DNA from: a virus
Lineage: Duplodnaviria; Caudoviricetes
IMG/VR virus record: IMGVR_UViG_3300037851_000065
Coordinates: 1 to 28,909 of that record
Direction: 5' to 3' (one strand)
Length of the DNA: 28,909 nucleotides
Shown here piece by piece: positions 16,769 to 25,225 of this stretch. How positions within the stretch are numbered: the stretch's first letter is position 1; the number at the start of each line of letters is the position of its first letter. Made by a program: the position numbers and the translations under genes. The notes under the pieces are model-generated. The model was not told the DNA's origin and searched no databases. It saw only the letters and a list, made by a program, of their open reading frames with translations.

Positions 16769-17620
16769 TCATTCGTGTTCCAACCCCTTCGTGTTCCACA
16801 TTTCCAGCACCCACCTCGCCGTCCACGCGTTCCGCTCCGTGTACTCCACCCCGAAGCGCACCCCCCCATCATCGTCCACCATGCCCCCGATCGCCTCCAC
16901 CATCCTGCTCGTATCCATCCCCACCTTCCCGAACAGGATCGCCATCTGCGCCGTCGCACACGCGTCCGTCCCTTCACCGTCTTCCCACTGCCTTCCCACC
17001 ACGAACGGCATGAAACCATCGTTCCGCACCGCCCGCTGCGCATAAAATAACTGCTCCTCCACGAACTTCGTCTCCCCCATCCCCCACATCCCCTCCAGCG
17101 CATACCCCAGGTAGTGCGTCCGCATCTTCGCCTGCTTCCCCCACCAGTCCGCCCGCTTCCAGTACGCCGCCCCTGCCTGGTTGCCTACCAGCCACGACGC
17201 CCGCATCGTGTACACGTGCGTCTCCCCACCTGGCACCGTCCGCAGCGATCCATCCGCCTGGAGCTGCGTCAGGATCCACCCCTTCGCCCGCTCCGCCGCC
17301 CGGTGATATATTCCCGTGATCCAGTTCTCACCGTGCGCCCGCCTCAAACCCTCCATGCACGCCGCCGTGTCGAACGTCCGCCTCGTCCCCTGCATATCCT
17401 CGAAACTGCCGTCCTCGTTCTGAATCTCCAGCAGCCAGTTCGCCAGCCTAAACGCCATTGCCGTCTCCCCGTAATCGAACAGCGTCGGAATCAGGTACCC
17501 CGTCACCTCCGGGTACGCCACCTCTCCCGGTCTGGCAGCAATCCCCCCGCTCAATAGCTCCTGCCGCCGGATCCACGCCAGCGTCTTTACAACTTCTGCA
17601 GCACGCAGTGATAACAGCAC
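16769..17620 (-). CDS. Alpha/alpha-barrel protein with prenyltransferase/squalene-cyclase-type QW repeats
   Basis: YPEVTGYLIPTL, WLLEIQNEDGSF, FDTA, WILTQLQADGS. The exact start is uncertain. Confidence 0.7.
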   Translation of the reverse strand: MLLSLRAAEVVKTLAWIRRQELLSGGIAARPGEVAYPEVTGYLIPTLFDYGETAMAFRLANWLLEIQNEDGSFEDMQGTRRTFDTAACMEGLRRAHGENWITGIYHRAAERAKGWILTQLQADGSLRTVPGGETHVYTMRASWLVGNQAGAAYWKRADWWGKQAKMRTHYLGYALEGMWGMGETKFVEEQLFYAQRAVRNDGFMPFVVGRQWEDGEGTDACATAQMAILFGKVGMDTSRMVEAIGGMVDDDGGVRFGVEYTERNAWTARWVLEMWNTKGLEHE

Positions 17621-18204
17621 AGGTTAAACTCCTCGTGATATACCGCATTCATTTTATCCGTCTGCACCTGGTCGCGGAACGCAAACCCCGCCGGCAGCAC
17701 CGCGTGTTTGAAATCCGCCAGGTTGACTCCAGGATACCTCCCCAGCGGCTTTGCCAGGTCGTACTGCACGTCAAACGTCAGCACCGCCAGCCCCCCCACT
17801 TTCAGGCACCTCGTAAATTCGTCCAGTGCTTTGCGCACCTTTTCCCCCACATCCTCCAGCACCGAAATGCAGAACACCCGGTCCAAACTCCCCGCCTCGA
17901 TCTGCCACACCTCCCGCGTAAAATCCCCCACCAATAATTCCAGGCATTCCTGCCCCTCCTGGTCCAGCAGCCGCTCGTCACCGTCCACCGCATACGTGTA
18001 CTCGCAGCAGTCCGCCAGCGCCCGCATGAACGGTCTCGGCGTCCACCCGCAGCCCATATCCGCCACGATCAGCCCCTCCTCCGCATACCCGAACGCCCAC
18101 GGGTACTCATAGCAGCGACTCCACCAGCCCGGGTTAATCGGATAACCATTCACCATCTCCGCGTGCTCGTCCGTCCGCTTAAAAAAACCGTTCTCGCTGC
18201 TCAT
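17587..18204 (-). CDS. Class I SAM-dependent methyltransferase
   Basis: VADMGCG motif I, YAVD, LDRVFCISVLED, LKVGGLAVLTFD. Confidence 0.92.
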   Translation of the reverse strand: MSSENGFFKRTDEHAEMVNGYPINPGWWSRCYEYPWAFGYAEEGLIVADMGCGWTPRPFMRALADCCEYTYAVDGDERLLDQEGQECLELLVGDFTREVWQIEAGSLDRVFCISVLEDVGEKVRKALDEFTRCLKVGGLAVLTFDVQYDLAKPLGRYPGVNLADFKHAVLPAGFAFRDQVQTDKMNAVYHEEFNLCCYHCVLQKL

Positions 18205-18216
18205 CGCATTCCGCCT

Positions 18217-19017
18217 CTATCGCAAATCATCCGTTACGAACTCCTGCCTCATCTTCCAGTCCCATTCTGGACCGTATTTCTTCTCCATCACCTCCGCCAT
18301 GTTCGTGCTCGCCAGTCTCACCCGCTCCTCCGCCGTCATCCCCATCCGTCCCATGCTGTACCCGAGGTCCGTCACCTTCTTCACCTGGCAGTCATCCATC
18401 ACCACCAGCCGCTTCCCCTGGCTCCTCGCCTTCCAGCTCAGCTCCAGGTCGATCCCCCAGCCGTAGCGCATCTCCGGGTCAAAACCCCCCTGCTCGTCAT
18501 ACCACTCCGCCCGCCACAAACTGGCGATATTATCGATCATCCACACCCTTCGCGCTTTCCGTCCCCCTTCGCGTCCCTCGCGCCCTTTCGTGCTTTCGCG
18601 TTCCAAAAGATGCTTCCACGCCGTCGTACTGTCCGCCGTCAGCGCCGGGTGCACCCCCACCACCTGGTCGTCCCCCTCCATCAGCGCCACCATCGGCGTC
18701 AACACATCCGCCATCCCGATAAACTCCATCGACGTAATCAAAAACCAGTACGCAAAATAATTCCCGTTCAACCTCGCCTGCTCCAACCCCGCCAGCCAGC
18801 CCCCCGTCGTCTGCCGATTCTTCGCCAGCCTCACCGTCGTATACCTGGCTGGTGCGATCATATCGCTCCCGTTATCCACCACGTACAGATCCACCGGGCA
18901 GCGCACGCACTCCAGGATGTACTCCGCAATCGCATCCGCCCGCTCCGGCATGTTGTAATTAACAACAATAGCGGCGACCTTCTGCTCTTTCGTGTCCTTC
19001 GCGTCATTTCGCGTCAT
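18217..19017 (-). CDS. GT2-like glycosyltransferase
   Basis: VAAIVVNYN, YVVDNGSD, GGFD…GWGIDLE. The canonical DxD position reads LITS. Start codon lies within a family-A repeat. Confidence 0.8.
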   Translation of the reverse strand: MTRNDAKDTKEQKVAAIVVNYNMPERADAIAEYILECVRCPVDLYVVDNGSDMIAPARYTTVRLAKNRQTTGGWLAGLEQARLNGNYFAYWFLITSMEFIGMADVLTPMVALMEGDDQVVGVHPALTADSTTAWKHLLERESTKGREGREGGRKARRVWMIDNIASLWRAEWYDEQGGFDPEMRYGWGIDLELSWKARSQGKRLVVMDDCQVKKVTDLGYSMGRMGMTAEERVRLASTNMAEVMEKKYGPEWDWKMRQEFVTDDLR

Positions 19018-19035
19018 TCGTGTTCCAAACCTTCC

Positions 19036-19686
19036 CTACCTCGGCCATATCACCCTGCCATTCTCCTCCACATGTCCGCACCACACCATCGCGTTGCCCT
19101 TCATCTGGTACCCCCTGCGGTACACCTCCACCGTCCACGGCCAGTCAAAATAATTCACATTCATCGTCGCATCGTCGTAATAATCGAACGGCGTCTCCTC
19201 CAAAACCCTGCGCCGGATCAGCAAACAGCCCAGCCCGCTCCCGCTCACCTCCACGATCCCTTGCTGCTTCGCCGCCCGCCACAGCCCCCGGATGGTAAGA
19301 CTCTCACCGATATTGCGCGCCTGCGCCGGCCACTTATAATACCGCTCCGTCAGGTTCACCGTCCCCGATTGCCGGAACAAATACGTTCCATACGCCAGGT
19401 CAGCCTCCGCCTCCACCAGCCTCGCCAGCGTGTCCGCCGGTGGAATGATATCGCTCTCGATAATCAGCATCGCCTCGTACGAGCCCTTCAAAAACACCTC
19501 CTGCGCCCTCTGGTACTGGTGCAGGTGATTCCGCTTCCCATCGTTGCTCCCATCCGCCAGCCTGTATGGGTTGTCCCGCTGGAGCAGGAGCGAGATCGCC
19601 CCCTCCCACTCCAGCGAGACCAACGCCCTCACCGTCTCCGCCTCCAACCGATAAATCGGGCAGAAAACCAAGACGTCATCCATCAT
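19036..19686 (-). CDS. GT-A fold glycosyltransferase
   Basis: MLIIESDIIPPADTLARL and VEVSGSGLGCLLIRRRVLE…CGH, typical of phage GT-A proteins. Confidence 0.8.
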   Translation of the reverse strand: MMDDVLVFCPIYRLEAETVRALVSLEWEGAISLLLQRDNPYRLADGSNDGKRNHLHQYQRAQEVFLKGSYEAMLIIESDIIPPADTLARLVEAEADLAYGTYLFRQSGTVNLTERYYKWPAQARNIGESLTIRGLWRAAKQQGIVEVSGSGLGCLLIRRRVLEETPFDYYDDATMNVNYFDWPWTVEVYRRGYQMKGNAMVWCGHVEENGRVIWPR

Positions 19687-20441
19687 AAAGAACCGATTCT
19701 AATCCACTGAAGAATATTTTTTCCGTCATCGGGATTGTTTAAATTGATGCTCAAATGTAATTCGTCATCTTGAACATCTTCATCCCAACTTTGATCGGGA
19801 TCAAGTTCGGCAAACCCGAAATATCCTTCATCATCAGGTTGCACTATGTAAGAATCCCAAAAACAAAACTGAATCGGTCTTTTATATGGCAAGCTCTGGC
19901 TTCTGTAATCTTTATATTTAATTCCTTTACTTGAATTACACTTTCCACATAATGTTTGTATATTGGATCTATTGTTAGCTCCTCCCTGAAATATAGGGAT
20001 CACGTGATCAACAGTTAAGTCTTTATTCGATCCGCATCTTAGGCATTTATAGCCATCACGGTTTAGCATCCAGTTAACATCGTAAATCGAAAGATTGTTC
20101 TCACCTAAGGCCTTTAATCTAGATTTTCTTCGCTGCTGATCAACTATAGCTTGTATTTTCCTCTTCTCAGGATTTAATAATTTCCATTCTCTGACTTTTC
20201 TATACACCGATTCTTTATGGCTTTGATACCATTTTATTTTTAGTGCTTTCATCACTTCGGGATTATTTTTTCTCCAGACTTTTCCATCTGCTAGCCGTTT
20301 TTCTCGATTGTCTTTATAATACCTGCGGCTCTTCTTATTATTACACTCCTTACAATCACTACGAACACCATACTTACCCTTTGATGCTTTATAAAAATCA
20401 GATAGAGATTTTGTCTTATGGCATTTACTGCAGGTTTTCAT
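19683..20441 (-). CDS. HNH endonuclease with N-terminal zinc-binding domain
   Basis: CSKC…CKEC N-terminus; CLRC…DHVIPIFQGG.N…NIQTLCGKCNSSK; markedly AT-rich compared with its neighbours. Confidence 0.92.
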   Translation of the reverse strand: MKTCSKCHKTKSLSDFYKASKGKYGVRSDCKECNNKKSRRYYKDNREKRLADGKVWRKNNPEVMKALKIKWYQSHKESVYRKVREWKLLNPEKRKIQAIVDQQRRKSRLKALGENNLSIYDVNWMLNRDGYKCLRCGSNKDLTVDHVIPIFQGGANNRSNIQTLCGKCNSSKGIKYKDYRSQSLPYKRPIQFCFWDSYIVQPDDEGYFGFAELDPDQSWDEDVQDDELHLSINLNNPDDGKNILQWIRIGSL

Positions 20442-20451
20442 TCACTACTCC

Positions 20452-20478
20452 TGGGGGAGAGATAAAATCTCTCCCCCA
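20452..20478. promoter_or_regulatory. Perfect 12-bp hairpin after the capsid gene, abutting the HNH ribosome-binding site
   Basis: TGGGGGAGAGAT-aaa-ATCTCTCCCCCA. No U-tract follows on the minus transcript; AGGAG SD starts at the stem base. Confidence 0.7.
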
Positions 20479-20501
20479 AACCATCAACTTAGTTACTCAG
20501 T

Positions 20502-21671
20502 TTATCCCGTCGGGTGCACCCCGTACCCGATTGCCTCAGCCTGCAGCACGTTATAGTCGCAGCGGAAATAATAGTGAAATAGAACCTCACCGTATCCCGC
20601 CCGGCTGTACGGATCGCGCAGCACTGTAATCTCCGGTCCCTCGCGCAAGCCAACGTAATTCCAGTTCCCGAAGTACACGCTCTTCGTGCTGGCTGCCGTT
20701 GCGCCGGACTTCGCCGAATAAGCCACCGGGAAACCCAGCAGGGTCGGTCCCATCGCTCCACCTTGTGAGTTCTCGTAGTACCGCCGGATGCTGCTGTCGT
20801 CCAGCAGCACGATCTCGCCGTGCACGCTGCGCTTCATCACCCACGCCACGCTGTTCGTGTCGTCCAGGTAATTCCCTATATCATCGCCAAACGTGATCAC
20901 TTCCAGCTCGTCCACTGCGATCACCGTCGCACTGGCGAATGTCTTCAGCGCCGTCCCGTTCGCCGCCACTTCCGTCAGCAACAGGCTGTTGTGCGTCTTC
21001 GCCATGCCGCGCCCCACGAAATCATTCAGGAACGCCATGATCTTCGAGTCCTCGTCCTGCATCAGCTGGATAGTCATGTCAACCTTCTTGGTATACATCA
21101 CCAGCGTGCTGGTCTTCTGCCCGATCGCCGGGGCATCCCGGTCGAATGCGTTCGACTCAGCCGTGCTCACGAACTCGCCGTCGTCCTCGTCGTCCACCGG
21201 GATGTTCACCGAAGTGCCCTTGCCCGGGATGCGCCGCACGCCCAGCTTATTCGCCAGCATGCTCTCGTCGCGCCGTGCGATGATCCCCTGGTAATGACCC
21301 GTCGGCACCGCATACCCTCCGTCGGCATCCGTGGTGATGTTCATCGTGGTGTCGTTGCTGGCGCGCAGCTCGCGGATCCCGCTGTCGTCGCCCGTCCTCA
21401 CCCAATGCGCCCAGGCGCGTGTCTCGCTGTCGCCCAGTGGAATGCGGTTGACTGCCGGCGCCTTGCGAGCCGCCAGCATGTTCCCGAACTCGCTCACCAC
21501 TTCCATGCGCTCGGCGCGCTTCAACAGCACGTCCGCCTGTTGCAGGCTGCTATCGTATTCAGCCTGCTCTTCGCTGGTCAGGTCACGGTTCTCAGCCTCC
21601 GCCTTATCCACCAGCCCCTTCAAACCCTCTAAAATCTCTGCACGCTGTGCGCGCAGCTCTCGTGCGTTCAT
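20502..21671 (-). CDS. Major capsid protein, HK97 fold with N-terminal delta (scaffold) domain
   Basis: Coiled N-terminus with ENRDLTSEE, DGGYAVP, LLGFPV, YFGNW, VLRDPY. Confidence 0.96.
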   Translation of the reverse strand: MNARELRAQRAEILEGLKGLVDKAEAENRDLTSEEQAEYDSSLQQADVLLKRAERMEVVSEFGNMLAARKAPAVNRIPLGDSETRAWAHWVRTGDDSGIRELRASNDTTMNITTDADGGYAVPTGHYQGIIARRDESMLANKLGVRRIPGKGTSVNIPVDDEDDGEFVSTAESNAFDRDAPAIGQKTSTLVMYTKKVDMTIQLMQDEDSKIMAFLNDFVGRGMAKTHNSLLLTEVAANGTALKTFASATVIAVDELEVITFGDDIGNYLDDTNSVAWVMKRSVHGEIVLLDDSSIRRYYENSQGGAMGPTLLGFPVAYSAKSGATAASTKSVYFGNWNYVGLREGPEITVLRDPYSRAGYGEVLFHYYFRCDYNVLQAEAIGYGVHPTG

Positions 21672-21673
21672 CG

Positions 21674-22432
21674 TTACCTCCGTAACATAAGATTAAGTCT
21701 TCGCTTCATCAATCCCAGCTTCGCCCCTGCCCCGCCGCCTGGCTGGGGGAGCTCCTCCGCCTGTTGCCTGATCTCCCGCACCCTCGCGCGCACCTGCGCG
21801 CTCGTCTGTGGGTACGCCGGGTACGTCACAATACTGACATCATATAGATCCCGCACACTCAACACCTCCCGCCTCAGTTCCTCGCCCACAATCTGCCAGG
21901 AGTCCTCCCCAACAATAAACGAGAACGAGCCCTCTCGAATGTCACCTCTCTCCACGCTCACCAGTAAATCCCTCGCCCAGCTCGTCTCTGGCGGAATAAC
22001 CCGGAATCCGAGCCCCTGCTCGTCTTCCCACAGTTCCAATGTTCTCGCCGACTGCCTCCCCAGCACGTAGTTCGGATCGTGGTTGAACAGCCCTCTCGCG
22101 TCGCTTTTCAACAGCGCCTCCCCGAACGCCCCCGCCCGCAGTCGCTCCCGGAAACCGCCCAGATCCACGCTCCACGCATCGAACACCGCCGCGTGCCCCT
22201 CGATCATCGCCGGCTTCCCCTCCTCCCTCATCACCCGCAGCTCCACCGCCACCGCCCGCTCTTCCATTTCCGCTAACTCCCCCCTCTGGGTCAGCACCAC
22301 CGTTTTTGGCGAATTAACTGTGTTTAGTTGCGTCTCTCTCCACTTGTCTCTTAGCAGCTCCATCTCAGCTTCGCTCATTTCACCCAGGCGAATTATTCCT
22401 CCGGACGGATTACTTTCGCTTATCTCTTCCAT
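21674..22432 (-). CDS. HK97-family prohead protease with 55-aa N-terminal extension (alternative start 22267)
   Basis: IEGHAAVF, GGFRE…GAF, LFNHD…VLGR, SFSF, LYDVSIVTYPAYPQT; SD-like sequences precede both ATG 22432 and ATG 22267. Confidence 0.94.
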   Translation of the reverse strand: MEEISESNPSGGIIRLGEMSEAEMELLRDKWRETQLNTVNSPKTVVLTQRGELAEMEERAVAVELRVMREEGKPAMIEGHAAVFDAWSVDLGGFRERLRAGAFGEALLKSDARGLFNHDPNYVLGRQSARTLELWEDEQGLGFRVIPPETSWARDLLVSVERGDIREGSFSFIVGEDSWQIVGEELRREVLSVRDLYDVSIVTYPAYPQTSAQVRARVREIRQQAEELPQPGGGAGAKLGLMKRRLNLMLRR

Positions 22433-22517
22433 CTCACCACCTCCGCTTTCGCGCCCTTCGCGTCTTTTCGCGTCATTCGTGTTCCAAACCTCGCCTAATC
22501 CGTGTAAAAATCCGTTG

Positions 22518-24620
22518 TCACAGACTCGCCAGCACCATGCAATCACACCCATCATGATACGGCGCGTGCCCCTTGCTCGCCCCCACCACCAGCGGCGTCA
22601 GCGCCCCCTCCGGCTGGAACGGCACACCAGCCTCCAGGAACACCTGGTCAATGCCCACGATCACCCCATCCAGACCCCGGCAGTATGGGCAGCTCTCCCC
22701 GAACGCCATCGACCGCATCCTCACGATCCCCGCCGTCCGGTACGCCGCCTTCGCCACCGCGTTCGACGCCCGCGTCGCCTCCTCGTGCGCCGAGTTATCC
22801 GCCCGCCACTCCCCCCAATCCTCGAATTTCGCCTCCACCGCCTGCAGCTCCTCGCCCGGCAGCGCACCATTAATCGCATCCAGCATCCACGTCAGGCTGC
22901 GCGTCGCATGCCGCACCCCGTACTGCGCCGTGTAAGAGTCCACGTACCCCTGCATCTGCTCCATCGTCGCCTCGCCCGGCTCCGCCACCCCCGTCGCCGC
23001 CGCCAGCTTTCTCAATTCCTCCAGCTCGTCCTCCACCGCCGCCAGCACCTGCCTGGCGTAGCTCTCCATCCCCGGCTGCAGCTGTTTGCGCGCAAACTCC
23101 GCATGCTGATCGTAAAACTCGTCCAGCCACCGCTTGAACTCCTCCACCTCCGCCGGTCCCGCCCCCGCCAGCATCTTCCGCGCCTGGCTGCCCACATCAT
23201 TCCGCTCCCGTCGCAGCACCCTGGCTATCGCATCCGCAAACACCGGCAGAATCCCCTCAAACGCCCGCCGCCTGCCCCGGATCCCCTGCTCCAGCGCCCG
23301 CCGATCGCTTCCAGAACCTGCCAGCATCAGTTCATATTCCAAACCTTTGCGTCTTTGCGTCTTTGCGTTAAATACTCCGCGTCCCTCTTCCCCCTCATCT
23401 TTCCCCCCAACCTCCGTCGATGATGCCAAATTCAGCGGAACGTAATAATCATCCCCCCCCTCGATCGGGTTCATGTTTTCCCGCTCCCGGATGTCATTCT
23501 GGCTCAGCCACCCGTTCTGGAACCCGATCGCATACGCCTGGTAGCGGCTCATCGTGTCCCCCCGCAATAGCGCATCCACCAGGAACTCCGCAAAATATTT
23601 CTTCCGCTCCGTCTCCGTCATCAAATCTCGGGAGATGCTCTGCTCCCACCGCACCAGCCACGGTCGGATCGTATGCGTCACGAACTCGATCCCCTGGTGC
23701 TCGATATTGTTAAACGTCGCCCGGTCCAGGTCTCCGATCATGTGCGGGGGGATGCGGTACGCCCTGGCGATCTCCCCCATCTGGAATTTGCGCGTCTCCA
23801 GGAACTGCGCGTCCTCTGGTGGGATCCCGATCTGGTTGTACGTCATCCCTTCTTCCAGAATTGCAACCCGCTGCGCATTGTCCAGCCCCATGTGCATCTC
23901 GTTCCAGCTCTCCCGCAGCTGCTTCGCCGCCTCGTCCCCCAGCACCCCCGGGTGCTGTAAGACACCCGACGGTCTGGCGTTGTTCCCGAAGAACTTCGAT
24001 CCGTACTTCTCCGCCGCCATGCTCAAACCGATCGAATTCCTCATCAGCTCGATCGGGCTCATCCCCCGCAGCCCATCCCCGCTCAGCCCGCGGATGTGCC
24101 ACACCCGGCTCCCGCTCAGCCAGGTCGTCTTCCCGTCCGGCAGCTGGTACTCGTAAGACACCGTCTCCCCCGCCTTATTAATATTCAGCACCTTGTCCGG
24201 TCGCAGCGGCCACAGCGCCGTCACCCTGCCCGCCGAATCGTAGTCGATCTCACAATACGAATTGCCCCACAGCGCCAGGTGCCCCTGCAGCGTCTCCCGC
24301 AGCTCAAACGACGTCATCAACGGGTTCGGTCGGTCGTGCAAGATCTCGTACAGGTAATAATCCTCCGCCCGCTCCTTGCCCCGTTCCAGCCGCCTGTAAA
24401 CGATCAACGGCAAACTCGCCACCGTCTCGGCAAGAATCCGCACGCACGCATACACCGTCGCATTCGTCAGCGAGCTGCTCTGCGTCACACTGATCCCCGC
24501 ACTCGCACTGTCCAGCAGCAGCGACTCCCACCAGTACCCTCTCCCCTCCCTCTGTCTCCCCCCCATCGCAGATGGGGAGGCTGGGGGAGGTATCTTCCGT
24601 CCTAAAAACGTATTAAGCAT
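22518..24620 (-). CDS. HK97-family portal protein fused to a C-terminal MuF/SPP1 gp7-like head morphogenesis domain
   Basis: First ~400 aa: VYACVRILAETVASLPL, GLRGMSPI, QFLETRKF, IPPHMIG, NDIRERENMNP. C-terminus: CPYC…PYHDGCDC. Confidence 0.92.
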   Translation of the reverse strand: MLNTFLGRKIPPPASPSAMGGRQREGRGYWWESLLLDSASAGISVTQSSSLTNATVYACVRILAETVASLPLIVYRRLERGKERAEDYYLYEILHDRPNPLMTSFELRETLQGHLALWGNSYCEIDYDSAGRVTALWPLRPDKVLNINKAGETVSYEYQLPDGKTTWLSGSRVWHIRGLSGDGLRGMSPIELMRNSIGLSMAAEKYGSKFFGNNARPSGVLQHPGVLGDEAAKQLRESWNEMHMGLDNAQRVAILEEGMTYNQIGIPPEDAQFLETRKFQMGEIARAYRIPPHMIGDLDRATFNNIEHQGIEFVTHTIRPWLVRWEQSISRDLMTETERKKYFAEFLVDALLRGDTMSRYQAYAIGFQNGWLSQNDIRERENMNPIEGGDDYYVPLNLASSTEVGGKDEGEEGRGVFNAKTQRRKGLEYELMLAGSGSDRRALEQGIRGRRRAFEGILPVFADAIARVLRRERNDVGSQARKMLAGAGPAEVEEFKRWLDEFYDQHAEFARKQLQPGMESYARQVLAAVEDELEELRKLAAATGVAEPGEATMEQMQGYVDSYTAQYGVRHATRSLTWMLDAINGALPGEELQAVEAKFEDWGEWRADNSAHEEATRASNAVAKAAYRTAGIVRMRSMAFGESCPYCRGLDGVIVGIDQVFLEAGVPFQPEGALTPLVVGASKGHAPYHDGCDCMVLASL

Positions 24621-24777
24621 TTTCGCCTCTCTGCCGCATCTCTATTCCCAGCCCGAGCAGCACCAGCAGCAGACCGCCCGCGATCAACACGCCACCAACA
24701 TCCAACAACACGTAAAACCCTATCAACACACATCCTATACCAAGCATCTCAAAAATAATTGCAATCCACCGTTTCAT
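24613..24777 (-). CDS. Small two-TM membrane protein (54 aa) preceding portal; missed by the ORF track
   Basis: Manual translation MKRWIAIIFEMLGIGCVLIGFYVLLDVGGVLIAGGLLLVLLGLGIEMRQRGENA*; overlaps the portal start. Such small hydrophobic genes commonly precede HK97 portals. Confidence 0.8.
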   Translation of the reverse strand: MKRWIAIIFEMLGIGCVLIGFYVLLDVGGVLIAGGLLLVLLGLGIEMRQRGENA

Positions 24778-24853
24778 CCCTCGCGTCCTTCGCGTTCCTT
24801 CGCGTCATTCGCGTTCCAAACCTTTCGCACCATTCGCGTTCCAAACATTCTTG

Positions 24854-25225
24854 TCATAACCTCGCCAGCCGCTCCACCTGGTCTTCCAGCGCCCGGATGC
24901 GCCTGTCCCGCTCATCCACGTGCGACTCAAGAGACCTGATCCGCTCATCCCTCTCCAACACCTGCGCCTCCAGCGTCTTAATCCGTTTATCCCGCTCGTC
25001 CACCTGCTCCTCCAGCTTCTCCACCGACACCTCCAGCATTTCGATGCGCTTCTCACTGTTCTCTAGCCGCCTCAACAAACGGTCGTTTTCGTCCGTCACC
25101 GCCTTAATCGTCCGGTCCAGCCCCGTCGACTTAGCCGTGTTCACCGCCGTGAAAATTGCCGTAAACACCAGCTGCACCGCGACAATGATCCCTCCGATCG
25201 CCGTTAATAAACCCGCATCCATCAA
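24854..25225 (-). CDS. Membrane-anchored coiled-coil protein, probable lysis accessory
   Basis: N-terminal TM segment, then heptads with three 14-aa repeats ERDxRIxxLExxVx. Confidence 0.75.
   Translation of the reverse strand: MMDAGLLTAIGGIIVAVQLVFTAIFTAVNTAKSTGLDRTIKAVTDENDRLLRRLENSEKRIEMLEVSVEKLEEQVDERDKRIKTLEAQVLERDERIRSLESHVDERDRRIRALEDQVERLARL

Noticed and set aside
15253-19686. GtrABC-type serotype conversion or DNA hypermodification locus
   Set aside because: No flippase or polytopic membrane transferase, no nucleotide-modifying enzymes recognised, and the genes sit in the late head operon. Disfavoured, not excluded.
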